Positions 9,034-18,242 of a stretch of 64,000 nt of DNA are shown piece after piece. This stretch comes from Klebsiella phage phiKp_32. Within the stretch, counting starts at the first letter, position 1. Every line of letters begins with the position of its first letter. The notes beneath the pieces were generated by a model, which was not told the origin of the DNA, searched no databases, and worked only from the letters and a program-made list of their open reading frames with translations. The stretch lies in the sequence record LC768500.1. The stretch is one strand, 5' to 3'. Both the position numbers and the translations under genes were made by a program.

Positions 9034-9315
9034 ATGTCTAAAATCAAACTGACCGAAGAACAACTGGCCGCCCTGAATGGTTCGAAATCCTTCGTCGTTT
9101 CCGGCCTGGCTGCCGGCAAAGTCTCCCTCGCAACCGACGTGTCGGTCATCACCCTCGATCTCGATCCGGGTCAGCTGACCATCGGCCAAACCCTGAAGAT
9201 CAAATACGGCGCCCTCGTCACGGACAAAGCCCAGGAACAAAAGGCCGAAAAAGCCAAAGGTAAAAACAACCCGTCTCCGGAAATGGCGGCCAAACTTGCC
9301 GGCAGCGCCTGCTAA
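9034..9315 (+). CDS. hypothetical small protein with atypical GC-rich codon usage
   Basis: Strong bias toward ctg/gcc/ggc/acc codons compared with neighbouring genes; followed by the hairpin at 9326-9351. Confidence 0.5.
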   Translation: MSKIKLTEEQLAALNGSKSFVVSGLAAGKVSLATDVSVITLDLDPGQLTIGQTLKIKYGALVTDKAQEQKAEKAKGKNNPSPEMAAKLAGSAC

Positions 9316-9383
9316 GTTAAGGTAAAGTAGGAGGGGGTTTCCTCCTCCTACTCCCTCGTGTTTATTTTTTGGGAATTTAGTCG

Positions 9384-9947
9384 ATGACCATAAAGACTCT
9401 TTCCGGGAGATTATTTCTTAACCGAGACACATCTAATCTCAACAGTGTAAGCTGGTCGGTCAAGACCACCATAATTGACTACGAAACTAAAAAGAAAGAA
9501 AAGATTCACAACGAAATCTTTGATGCCAATATCAACATACGAAAGGGGAATACGTTATTAGTCATTCATACTAATAACGAGGGGATAGATAAAAATTTCG
9601 AATCCTTTTTAGCCAAACTCAGGCTGATGGATACCCACATCAGAGATTTCATTGAGAAGTGCGCGGTTAAACGCAGTAAAAAAGATACTGTAAAAACAGA
9701 GCGTTATTGGTTAAACGACATCGAAGGAATCGATAAAGTGTTTACAGGGTCGCTGGTAAAAACCTATGACCATTATAGTAATACGTTAGAGATCAGTTCG
9801 TGTGAACGCTCAGCGCGATGGTACGTTAATCGTTTTGGTAGTCAAGGCAAAGGTGAGATAGGCGAGCTCGTTATCTTACAGCGCGCTATAGACCGCCTAA
9901 TTAGAGATATCGGTATTGTTTTAAAAGAGGTTAAAAATGGGGCGTAA
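9384..9947 (+). CDS. hypothetical protein
   Basis: 187-aa ORF. Confidence 0.45.
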   Translation: MTIKTLSGRLFLNRDTSNLNSVSWSVKTTIIDYETKKKEKIHNEIFDANINIRKGNTLLVIHTNNEGIDKNFESFLAKLRLMDTHIRDFIEKCAVKRSKKDTVKTERYWLNDIEGIDKVFTGSLVKTYDHYSNTLEISSCERSARWYVNRFGSQGKGEIGELVILQRAIDRLIRDIGIVLKEVKNGA

Positions 9948-10356
9948 GAGTCACGGGGAAGATTATACCGACGCAGAGCTTGATTTTATCGCAAGCGTAG
10001 CACACAGCGTGCAGTGCGGGATAGACTATGCCTTCGGTCTGCCGGAATTACATCAATGGGGGTTGATGGGGGATGGTTATAAAACCCAAATGAAAGCATC
10101 CGTCAGAGCCGTTCTGGTTCATGACAAATCACCAAAATCTCTCCATGGTAGTTGGCTTAGTCGGCTAACCCAAGAAGGTTGGGTTCATGGAGAAGTAAAG
10201 GATGCGGAAAAGAAAACCCATCCGTTATTAGTTCCATTCGACGAACTTCCTATCGAATGGAAACTTCGTCTTCGTCAATTCAGAGCCGCAGTCATTCCTT
10301 TTAGAAAAACCAAAAATACAGTGAGATCTAATCTCATTACCTTTTCAACAAAATAA
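9937..10356 (+). CDS. RyR-domain protein
   Basis: W...L+QEGWVHGEVKDAEKKTHPLLVPFDELP.EWK..R matches the phage RyR (PF02026) pattern. Confidence 0.6.
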   Translation: MGRKSHGEDYTDAELDFIASVAHSVQCGIDYAFGLPELHQWGLMGDGYKTQMKASVRAVLVHDKSPKSLHGSWLSRLTQEGWVHGEVKDAEKKTHPLLVPFDELPIEWKLRLRQFRAAVIPFRKTKNTVRSNLITFSTK

Positions 10357-10380
10357 CCTCACTAATTTAGGGCTACGATT

Positions 10381-11124
10381 ATGAGCGAGAACATTCCTTA
10401 CGTTTACCTTCCTTCCGACATCAAACACGATTCCGGCGTTGTTTTGAATCGCGATAAGATCAACCGTTCGAAAACGATCATTAAAACGTTGGGGGTCAAA
10501 ATAAAAGACCACAACAACACCGTAAAGATGTTTGACAAAGCGATGTCCGGCGAGCTTTATCAAACCAAGGAGGGGAGAAAATACCGTTCGGTAACCTTCA
10601 AGTTACACGCCAAGCGAAAGAAGGAACTTCTGGAAGCGCTTAAAGCGGAAGAAAAGGTATTGCGTGCGATGAAAGAATTCGGCGTGATTCTTCAACAGAA
10701 TATTTACGATGCTCAGTCGATGAGTTTCTCTCCTTTCTCTTTAAAAGATTTTCTCGACTCTAAAGCACTCGGCAGTATTCCGGGTAAATCTGAATTACGG
10801 GATCTTCGTCAGTCGTTAACCAAATTAATTGAAGCGGATCCTGATGCGGTTATCTGGATTGCAAAAAGAAATCTGGACGGGGTTCCGGTCGCTTTTATCG
10901 CCGGCCGAGATCAAGGCGATAATGTGTTCGACATGCTTGTTTTCTATTCGCACACTGAGGATAAAGACCGGCATAATGAGGTAATGAAATACCTCATTAA
11001 ACGTCTAAAATCGATAGGCGTCGCTCCTATCAGTCTGATCTCTATTTCTCCTGAATTTAGTGCGGTGGGTCACGCAATGGAGAAAATGGGTGGGCGCATG
11101 GCTTCGGCACAATTTGACTTTTAA
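10381..11124 (+). CDS. hypothetical protein
   Basis: 247-aa ORF. Confidence 0.5.
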   Translation: MSENIPYVYLPSDIKHDSGVVLNRDKINRSKTIIKTLGVKIKDHNNTVKMFDKAMSGELYQTKEGRKYRSVTFKLHAKRKKELLEALKAEEKVLRAMKEFGVILQQNIYDAQSMSFSPFSLKDFLDSKALGSIPGKSELRDLRQSLTKLIEADPDAVIWIAKRNLDGVPVAFIAGRDQGDNVFDMLVFYSHTEDKDRHNEVMKYLIKRLKSIGVAPISLISISPEFSAVGHAMEKMGGRMASAQFDF

Positions 11125-11136
11125 GGGTGATTAAAC

Positions 11137-11811
11137 ATGGGTGTAAATTCTAGAACGATGTCGCTTTCTTACTACAAGACCAAAACGACAGATGAAAAAG
11201 ACGAGTTTCCTATTGACTCCGATATCAATACTGTCATCTTTGATTTCGAAACCGCTTCGCTTGGCATTAATCCAGCGATCCTCAGTATGGGCGCGTTTGC
11301 TTTCGATCGGTTTAGTTTAGAAACCACACAACGTCGAATGAAGAATCCTCAGGATAAGGATACGTTTTATCGTAATCTTAATCTAAAGGAATCGTTCTTC
11401 TTGGGTTTCGACATCTCCAAAGAAACCGGAGAATGGCATTACAAAAAGAACGGAACTAACCTCGGTAAGATGTTAGAAAATGAGGTTTCTCCCTACGCGG
11501 CCTTACGGGAATTCAAACGCTTCATCATGTCTTATCGCCGTAAGACCGAGGACATGGTTATTCTGATTCGTCGCACTCACGCAGATTACATTTGGTTAGA
11601 GAATCTGTGTAAGCGATTGGATACAGAGATGTTCCTCAGGCACAACGACGTGATTGACATCCCAAGCATCGTGTTTGCTAAAACAGGTGACGTCAAAGGG
11701 CATTACACCCTAGAGGAAAGTTTGTTTGAGGACCTTGTAAGTCATCATGCGCTGACCGATTGTTATTTAGACGCGCTTCGCATTTGTTCGCTGTACCAAG
11801 AAACGAAGTAA
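11137..11811 (+). CDS. DnaQ-like DEDDh 3'-5' exonuclease
   Basis: Exo I-like VIFDFETASL motif and Exo III-like HHALTDCYLDALRI (H-x4-D) motif. Confidence 0.55.
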   Translation: MGVNSRTMSLSYYKTKTTDEKDEFPIDSDINTVIFDFETASLGINPAILSMGAFAFDRFSLETTQRRMKNPQDKDTFYRNLNLKESFFLGFDISKETGEWHYKKNGTNLGKMLENEVSPYAALREFKRFIMSYRRKTEDMVILIRRTHADYIWLENLCKRLDTEMFLRHNDVIDIPSIVFAKTGDVKGHYTLEESLFEDLVSHHALTDCYLDALRICSLYQETK

Positions 11812-11928
11812 AAACGTAGAGGGGTTAACGCCCCTCTCTTATTTTGTCTTTTTAGGAATTAACATCATGAGCGATAGGTACGAATGGAGTGACGTCTATA
11901 ACAAACTTCAGAAACTGGGGAAAGTATA

Positions 11929-12366
11929 ATGAGCTTACGCGCTTTGTATTGTGGTGGTGTTATTAAAAACGGGATAGTTGCTTGGGGTAATCACATTCCG
12001 GTTACGCATCGAGAAACTTTCCTTAAATTCAAATTTCAACTGAAAGGATGTAAATCGGCTGGGTTCTTAGGGGACGAAGAAGGGTATTTGAAGATCTACG
12101 GTAAGAGCATCAGTCTCAACATAGAGGCTAACGATTTTACCAATAAGCGGATCAGAGCCGGACAAGATAATTACCGGTTCTTCCGTTGCATGGTAACCGT
12201 TGGCAACTACGAGTTCCCGTTATTATTTTGCGGGACTTACGAACCTGAGTTCTTTGAGTTGCGTAAGGAGATCACCAGAGACGAGCTTGGTTACGCGTTA
12301 AGTCAGCTCGAACAATTGGGCTGCAATTATGTCAGCAACGGGCGTCGTACCGTTGACTGGCTCTAA
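11929..12366 (+). CDS. hypothetical protein
   Basis: 145-aa ORF. Confidence 0.45.
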   Translation: MSLRALYCGGVIKNGIVAWGNHIPVTHRETFLKFKFQLKGCKSAGFLGDEEGYLKIYGKSISLNIEANDFTNKRIRAGQDNYRFFRCMVTVGNYEFPLLFCGTYEPEFFELRKEITRDELGYALSQLEQLGCNYVSNGRRTVDWL

Positions 12367-12390
12367 TAACCATTTGTTTTAGGATATTCC

Positions 12391-13458
12391 ATGAATAATA
12401 AAAATCAGTTAGATCAAGCCATTGAGTACGTCGCCAATCATACTGCCGGAAGTGCGAACGGATTTCCGGAAAATTATTTTTGTGCTTTGTTAAATAAATC
12501 GGTGTCGGATATCAACCGCAGTACTCTCACCGTTAAAACAAAGACCGAATACGGGTATAAGGAGAATTATTTCGAAATCGTTTCTGTTATCGCCCACCAT
12601 CTTCCGTCAGAAATTTGTCTGCATCCTTTAGGGTTCGATTATGGTGTATTAGCATGTAAAGACTCTTTGGCGGTGGGGTACTTTAATTTTGATTACGGCA
12701 CCGGGTCATCTAAAATTTATTTGTTAGGTGATTCTAATTTTATCTCAAGTATTTCGGAAGTCATCAATCGTGTTTGTGATACCACTAAAGCTAGTGTGGT
12801 GACTGTGTTTGAAAACAGTTATAATGATGATATTATTCCGGCTATTAAACCTCTTTACTTGTCGGAAGGTCCGGACTACGATATTTTCTATCCCTACTTC
12901 GCTAAGACTATAAAAGAAACCTATGACGAGTTCATGGGCTCCAGTGCTAACGTTATGTTACTAATAGGACCTCCTGGTACCGGGAAATCGAATTACCTGG
13001 AGAAAACTATCAGACATACTAATTTTGAAAATAGAGTAGTCAAAATTGATGAGGCGGGAATTCTCCAGAACAAAAATCTGATTAAACGATTGCGCGATCT
13101 TCCAAGGGGATCTAAGGTTTTTGTCGAGGACGCCGATCTCTTTATTTCTAAACGTACCGACGGTAATCAGCAAATGTCAGGACTACTTAATGCGGTGAAC
13201 GGGATAGGTCGGTCAGATCTAAAAATATGGATCAGCACCAATCTGCCTGATGTTCGCAGTGTGGACAGAGCGCTCATTAGACCAGGACGACTGTTTGATA
13301 TCAGGGAGTTCAGATTGCTTACCATACCAGAAATCACAGAAATCAGAAAAAGTATGGGTCTTCCAGAGATTGACTTCGGATCAGAGGAGGCATTAACCTT
13401 AGCAGAAGCTATTAACGGAAAGATTCAATCTAGAGTTAACGACTCTTGGCTCAATTAA
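12391..13458 (+). CDS. AAA+ ATPase
   Basis: Walker A LLIGPPGTGKSN; Walker B VFVEDADLF; arginine-finger-like RPGRLFD. Confidence 0.7.
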   Translation: MNNKNQLDQAIEYVANHTAGSANGFPENYFCALLNKSVSDINRSTLTVKTKTEYGYKENYFEIVSVIAHHLPSEICLHPLGFDYGVLACKDSLAVGYFNFDYGTGSSKIYLLGDSNFISSISEVINRVCDTTKASVVTVFENSYNDDIIPAIKPLYLSEGPDYDIFYPYFAKTIKETYDEFMGSSANVMLLIGPPGTGKSNYLEKTIRHTNFENRVVKIDEAGILQNKNLIKRLRDLPRGSKVFVEDADLFISKRTDGNQQMSGLLNAVNGIGRSDLKIWISTNLPDVRSVDRALIRPGRLFDIREFRLLTIPEITEIRKSMGLPEIDFGSEEALTLAEAINGKIQSRVNDSWLN

Positions 13459-13485
13459 CCCCAATTGATTTTAGGAACAGCATCC

Positions 13486-14040
13486 ATGATTTTACAATCA
13501 GTCACCGTCGGTGGGAAGAGAACCTCGATAGAAATAGAAGAAGGTCTAGTCAACGTTTGGTTATTAGCTAAACACGACGTCTTCTTACAAAACCTGGAGC
13601 CTAAGGTTTGCCATGCGTTGATTAAAGAACATATCGAACGCAATATTACCCGTCGACCCGACATTCCTTTAACAGCCCAAGTACGCGAGCTGATGTACCG
13701 TGATATTACCATTAAGCTCAACGGTAAACCAAACTCGGTCATTCCCGTAATTAAAGTAAGACCGAGTAAAACCAGAAACCAGCTGAACCGAATCGTCAAA
13801 GAGTACTTCACGGTAAACAGCATGGAGTTCGATAAGAAACTCACTGTTGGGGAAATGCGTAAATTGGAGAAATACCTCCTTTCATTTTACAAAGAACCCG
13901 TGCAGATTCACAAGAAAGAATTCCCTAATGGGGTTTATAAACTCATCGGCGTGGAATACGAAAATGAGCGGTTTGAAATAACCTTCTCTGACGATTTCTT
14001 CTTCGCTTTATATAAGGGTCCAGAATACCATGTTCAATAA
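13486..14040 (+). CDS. hypothetical protein
   Basis: Start at aggaacagcatccATG. Confidence 0.45.
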   Translation: MILQSVTVGGKRTSIEIEEGLVNVWLLAKHDVFLQNLEPKVCHALIKEHIERNITRRPDIPLTAQVRELMYRDITIKLNGKPNSVIPVIKVRPSKTRNQLNRIVKEYFTVNSMEFDKKLTVGEMRKLEKYLLSFYKEPVQIHKKEFPNGVYKLIGVEYENERFEITFSDDFFFALYKGPEYHVQ

Positions 14041-14449
14041 TGTCATTTTATTTGTCTATGACGACAGTGAGCTCGCTACCCAGTACACCGTGGCTAATAA
14101 AGCTGGAACAAGAAGATTAACAACCCCGGGTCACAGTGTTCTCTTATCTGACGTCAAAGACAGGGTGGGGAAAAGCAGTTTCCATAACAGCATTGTGGTA
14201 TTTGTACGAGGAGGGGCTTTCTTTGTTTTCATGTGCGGGTCCGTTCTATACGGATTGGTGGGTGATCTCGATCACCTTCTGGATCACTTGTTGAAGATCA
14301 GGGACGAACTCAATACTCGGGCAGACATACGCAATCGGACAATACTGCATATCTCCGAGGCAGGATTCGGGCGGTACGACATCATTCCGACCATCGATCC
14401 CGTCGCGCACAAGGCATTGGCTGATTACCAAAATAATAAATTATTCTAA
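14030..14449 (+). CDS. hypothetical protein
   Basis: 139-aa ORF followed by a strong hairpin and T-run. Confidence 0.45.
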   Translation: MFNNVILFVYDDSELATQYTVANKAGTRRLTTPGHSVLLSDVKDRVGKSSFHNSIVVFVRGGAFFVFMCGSVLYGLVGDLDHLLDHLLKIRDELNTRADIRNRTILHISEAGFGRYDIIPTIDPVAHKALADYQNNKLF

Positions 14450-14451
14450 CC

Positions 14452-14479
14452 GTTACTGGAGTGGGGGATCCCCCACTCC
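14452..14479 (+). terminator. rho-independent terminator (ACTGGAGTGGGGGATCCCCCACTCCAGT followed by T8)
   Basis: Perfect stem followed by a poly-T tract. Confidence 0.7.
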
Positions 14480-14507
14480 AGTAAGTTTTTTTTATATTAT
14501 TTTAAAA

Positions 14508-14533
14508 CTATATTACCTAAACGTATAGACAAC
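14508..14533 (+). promoter_or_regulatory. copy 3 of the promoter-like motif (CTATATTACCTAAACGTATAGACAAC)
   Basis: About 27 nt upstream of ORF 14560, immediately after the terminator. Confidence 0.5.
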
Positions 14534-14559
14534 TTCTTTTATTTAACTGGAGTAGTAAA

Positions 14560-14808
14560 ATGATTTATTTCGATTTAGATTTTTTACTCGGGTCAAAAAT
14601 CACGAAAGAAGAATTTAAGGAGCTATTTCCGGATGCAGATCCGGACCATCTATCCTGTTCCTCTACCGAGGAGGAAATTGATTTCGAAAATGCTTTTTGT
14701 GCGGAAGATCCTTATGATTCGGAAATCCTTCACCGATCCGTACCCATAATCGAAGGATCAAAATCAGATTTAATTTCGTCATACAAATTAGCGGAGGATG
14801 AGATATGA
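14560..14808 (+). CDS. small acidic protein (82 aa)
   Basis: ATGA overlap with the downstream nucleotidyltransferase gene. Confidence 0.45.
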   Translation: MIYFDLDFLLGSKITKEEFKELFPDADPDHLSCSSTEEEIDFENAFCAEDPYDSEILHRSVPIIEGSKSDLISSYKLAEDEI

Positions 14809-15797
14809 TTATTGCTTTAAAAACGTTTGTTGGCAGTAAACTGTTTGGATTAGAAACAGAGAATTCGGATACGGATATAAAGGGAATTTATATTCCTTCT
14901 GCTAAGGATATTCTTCTGCATCGTTATTACCCTGTGATCGATAAATCTTCTAATAAGGGGACTTATCGAGCCAACAAGCCGGAAGATACAGATGAAGTCT
15001 ATTTCTCTTTGGACAAATTTATCGATCTTCTCATAAAAGCCGATACAACGGCTTTCGATATGCTGCACGCACCAGAAAGCAAAATCCTCATCTCCACTGA
15101 CATTCATCACGAGCTTTGGAGAAACCGGTCCAAATTTTACACCAGCCGATTGGATGGTCTGTTCGGCCAGGTTATTACCGAAGCGAATACTTACGGTGTT
15201 CGGAGTATGCGAGCTGCCGTTTTAAAAGAGGTCGTTGAAATCGTTTCTTCGTGGGATGATTTTAAATTGTCGGGCTGCAGATTGGGTGGACTAATTTCTC
15301 AGCTCCCAGTAGATAACGTGTACACGCGTATAACGCGGGATGAGACACAGAGGGCCGGCTGTCAGGATTTCTATGAAATTCTAGATCGTAAATTTCAGTA
15401 CACCATCTCGGCTTTGAAATTCAAAACCGCTATTCTGGAATTATGGTCTTCCTACGGAGAAAGGGTTAAGAAGGTGGAGTTATCTGGGGGTAATGATTGG
15501 AAGGCGTTAAGCCATGCTTTCAGAATCGGATATCAGCTGTTAGATATCTATCGAGAGGGCGATTACACCTTCCCTTTAAAGCAAAGCTCTACGATTATGA
15601 AAATTAAACTCGGGGAGGTTTCAGAAGAAGAATCAAGAGAAATGCTGAATCAACTCATTTCCGATGTTAAAACTGCAGCAGGTAAATCCGGACTTCCTAC
15701 TGAAATCGATCCAGAGCCATGGTACGATTGGGTTGCGGACGTTTACGCCGGAGTGGTAAAGAAAGCTTATTTACCTAAAGGATTCAGACTATCCTGA
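14805..15797 (+). CDS. Pol-beta superfamily nucleotidyltransferase, substrate unknown
   Basis: N-terminal GS-x9-D-x-D signature FVGSKLFGLETENSDTDIKGIY, with a third acidic cluster DTDEVYFSLD about 55 aa downstream. Confidence 0.55.
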   Translation: MIIALKTFVGSKLFGLETENSDTDIKGIYIPSAKDILLHRYYPVIDKSSNKGTYRANKPEDTDEVYFSLDKFIDLLIKADTTAFDMLHAPESKILISTDIHHELWRNRSKFYTSRLDGLFGQVITEANTYGVRSMRAAVLKEVVEIVSSWDDFKLSGCRLGGLISQLPVDNVYTRITRDETQRAGCQDFYEILDRKFQYTISALKFKTAILELWSSYGERVKKVELSGGNDWKALSHAFRIGYQLLDIYREGDYTFPLKQSSTIMKIKLGEVSEEESREMLNQLISDVKTAAGKSGLPTEIDPEPWYDWVADVYAGVVKKAYLPKGFRLS

Positions 15798-15872
15798 CAT
15801 CAGCGATGTTTTTAGGAAACTGTTTTTCTGTAGGTGATTTATTCCCTCTTCCTCTTAATCAGGATCTTTAAA

Positions 15873-16139
15873 ATGAAATATTTCTTAGGGTTGTTAGTTT
15901 TGTGTTGCGGTTTGTCTTATGCAAAAAACACTACGGTAAACGGGAGTTGTGTTGCGATGGATCATTACGAAAAGACGGTCTATCAGTGCAGCGATGGAAC
16001 GGTAACCGTCATGGACCACGACAACGCGACCATTTGTCGTCCCAATGATTCTGCTGTAACTGGTGGCGCACAACGCTGCTACCGGGTGGATTTAAAAACT
16101 GGGGAAGCGCATGAAATAGAAAAAGGGGTTAAGAAATGA
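15873..16139 (+). CDS. secreted Cys-rich small protein
   Basis: N-terminal signal peptide MKYFLGLLVLCCGLSYA; 6 Cys in the mature part. Confidence 0.45.
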   Translation: MKYFLGLLVLCCGLSYAKNTTVNGSCVAMDHYEKTVYQCSDGTVTVMDHDNATICRPNDSAVTGGAQRCYRVDLKTGEAHEIEKGVKK

Positions 16140-16348
16140 CCGATTTCTTTTTCGCTCCGGTTTCTAAGGGATGGTTTATCGTTCAGGTCATGTGCACGGT
16201 TTACGTTTTGCTAAAATGCGTAACGTCCTATATCGAATACTGCAAGAACCCGAATAAAACTGATCTGATCATTTATTGGATTCAGGCGGGACTCGGGATA
16301 ATTGTGACAACAAAAACGATTTGTTTCTTGGCGGCTGGGAGTTTCTAA
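16136..16348 (+). CDS. small membrane protein
   Basis: Two hydrophobic helices. Confidence 0.4.
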   Translation: MTDFFFAPVSKGWFIVQVMCTVYVLLKCVTSYIEYCKNPNKTDLIIYWIQAGLGIIVTTKTICFLAAGSF

Positions 16349-16424
16349 ATGAAAAGCGTTCCCAATCGACCAGGGATAAACTCAGACGCTTGAAAATCCA
16401 CAGTGCCCTGGAGGTTCCTTTGGT

Positions 16425-16763
16425 ATGGAACATGAATTAAAAATAGCTTTAGCAAGTTACGGAAGATTAACTATATTAAACCCACTCAGGGGGATCATAG
16501 GCCATTTTGTCCCAAGATTAATAGTAGAGTGGTCAGTAGAAGAAAGAACGCTCAGATTCCGTCCTAGCGGCACTGAGGGGAATAAGTATTATAAAGGGTT
16601 TATTAAGTTAAGTCCTACCGCATGTGTCCATTTAATAGCGCCTATTCTTAGAAAAGCAGAATACGGTAAAAAGATGGATAATCCAGATATCGTTGAAGTT
16701 CTTGGACATACTGTTACCATCAAAGTCAAAGAACAAGACGGCTGGTATTGCGCACAATTTTAA
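16425..16763 (+). CDS. hypothetical protein
   Basis: 112-aa ORF. Confidence 0.4.
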   Translation: MEHELKIALASYGRLTILNPLRGIIGHFVPRLIVEWSVEERTLRFRPSGTEGNKYYKGFIKLSPTACVHLIAPILRKAEYGKKMDNPDIVEVLGHTVTIKVKEQDGWYCAQF

Positions 16764-16791
16764 CTCGAGTATCAATTTAGGAAAAAATATC

Positions 16792-17241
16792 ATGCAATTA
16801 GATAACATTTGGTTTTTCGGTATAGACGCAGAAGATCTAGAAAATTTTAAAGCGATCTTTACCGTAGAAGGGTTAAAGGAACCCTTTGATTTTAATTTCA
16901 TTCCCTTCACCATTTCGCCTCAGTCGATGGTCGCTCACACTAAAGAACTGACGATCACGCTTTACCCCGTTAAAGAGAAAATTTTATTAAACGGTAAAGT
17001 AGAACAAACGATCTTTAAAGGTTCCGACGGAAGGTTGTATTTTAACCTGGGTTCGATTATCCAGGTGATGAATAGCCAAATAGCCGCCTTTGTAGCCAAA
17101 TCCTTTTCTGGGTTTAATAAACTAGGCTGGTTTATTAAAGAGATCGACGGAAGTTTTATCCTATTCAACGTCCAGAGCTTCAGTGACGAGGGGTTGATTA
17201 AACTGTATCGATCCTCTAGCGTAACCGATAGCTCTAATTAA
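16792..17241 (+). CDS. hypothetical protein
   Basis: Start at ttaggaaaaaatatcATG (internal to the annotated 16693 ORF). Confidence 0.45.
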   Translation: MQLDNIWFFGIDAEDLENFKAIFTVEGLKEPFDFNFIPFTISPQSMVAHTKELTITLYPVKEKILLNGKVEQTIFKGSDGRLYFNLGSIIQVMNSQIAAFVAKSFSGFNKLGWFIKEIDGSFILFNVQSFSDEGLIKLYRSSSVTDSSN

Positions 17242-17250
17242 GGAAACCCT

Positions 17251-17442
17251 ATGGTAATCTCAAACGCTGTTATCGTGTTGGTGGTTTGGCTCACCGTTAT
17301 CCCTCTCCTAATCTGGGAGACGCGTAACGACGGTTACAAGCCGTTGAAGCGCTATATCTTCATCGTCATATGGCCTATCTCTGCGGTAGGGATATTTTTA
17401 CATATCGTCTGGCAACTCCTGAAATATAAAGGATGGAAATAA
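17251..17442 (+). CDS. small membrane protein
   Basis: Two TM helices. Confidence 0.4.
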   Translation: MVISNAVIVLVVWLTVIPLLIWETRNDGYKPLKRYIFIVIWPISAVGIFLHIVWQLLKYKGWK

Positions 17443-17789
17443 TGGGAATATTCTACACCGGATTAATCCTTATTGCCGGCCTTTTATTCGGGGTGGGATA
17501 CTTGCTCTTTAAAAAGAGAAAAGACCCGCAGCTGGTATACTGGGACGACTGGATAAAACTTCATTGGAAGAAGTTTTTAATTGTCTTAATGATCTCGCTG
17601 GGTGCTTATACTCTAATTTGTATCAAGCCCCTTTACCACACAACCAAATGTTATTTCTACGGTAAAACGTATAAGACATACACCGAATACAGTTGGATTA
17701 TTGGTGAGTGTTTGTATAAAGGTAAGACTGGGGCAATGTTGCCTTTGCAGATCACTCGGGATAATCCAGACGGAGACGTCGAGGAGTAG
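17433..17789 (+). CDS. membrane protein
   Basis: Two TM helices plus a Cys/Tyr-rich tail. Confidence 0.4.
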   Translation: MEIMGIFYTGLILIAGLLFGVGYLLFKKRKDPQLVYWDDWIKLHWKKFLIVLMISLGAYTLICIKPLYHTTKCYFYGKTYKTYTEYSWIIGECLYKGKTGAMLPLQITRDNPDGDVEE

Positions 17790-17792
17790 AAC

Positions 17793-18230
17793 ATGATTTG
17801 GGTAAAACAAGCCTGTTCGTTATGGTACGAAAAAAGAACATTGAAAGACTGGGGTGAGATCCTCACTTTTATTAGTATGTTCTGTCTGATTGTAACACTA
17901 TGTGCAAGTTTTGCAACTAGTTCTGTTCTTTGGCTAACATTGTGCGCGATCAATATAGTGCTGATGATTTCTTTAGGGCCTTTGTTCGACTGGTTACACA
18001 AAAACAAATCCACGATCGTAATGAGGGTAGAGCGCGAAAGGATGTTAAAAGATCCTTTCGATAGCATGATCCACGCTTATCTGGAAACAGACGGCTCTGA
18101 TATTGAAGAACTGTTGGACGTACTGCGAATGGACTCGTTTACGTTACACAATCAAATTAAAAACACGGAGCTTAAAAGTAGGGTGTCTGACGCTATCGCC
18201 AAGATGCAGCGAAAACAAAGCTCAAATTAA
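17793..18230 (+). CDS. membrane protein
   Basis: Two to three TM helices. Confidence 0.4.
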   Translation: MIWVKQACSLWYEKRTLKDWGEILTFISMFCLIVTLCASFATSSVLWLTLCAINIVLMISLGPLFDWLHKNKSTIVMRVERERMLKDPFDSMIHAYLETDGSDIEELLDVLRMDSFTLHNQIKNTELKSRVSDAIAKMQRKQSSN

Positions 18231-18242
18231 TTAGGAAAACAA

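Noticed and set aside
8941-9240. Minus-strand 99-aa ORF overlapping 9034-9315
   Set aside because: It is antisense to a well-formed plus gene with an RBS.
16425-17241. Possible programmed frameshift between overlapping ORFs 16425-16763 and 16693-17241
   Set aside because: The downstream ORF has its own strong RBS and ATG at 16792 after the upstream stop. There is no slippery heptamer, so the annotated overlap is an ORF-caller artefact.
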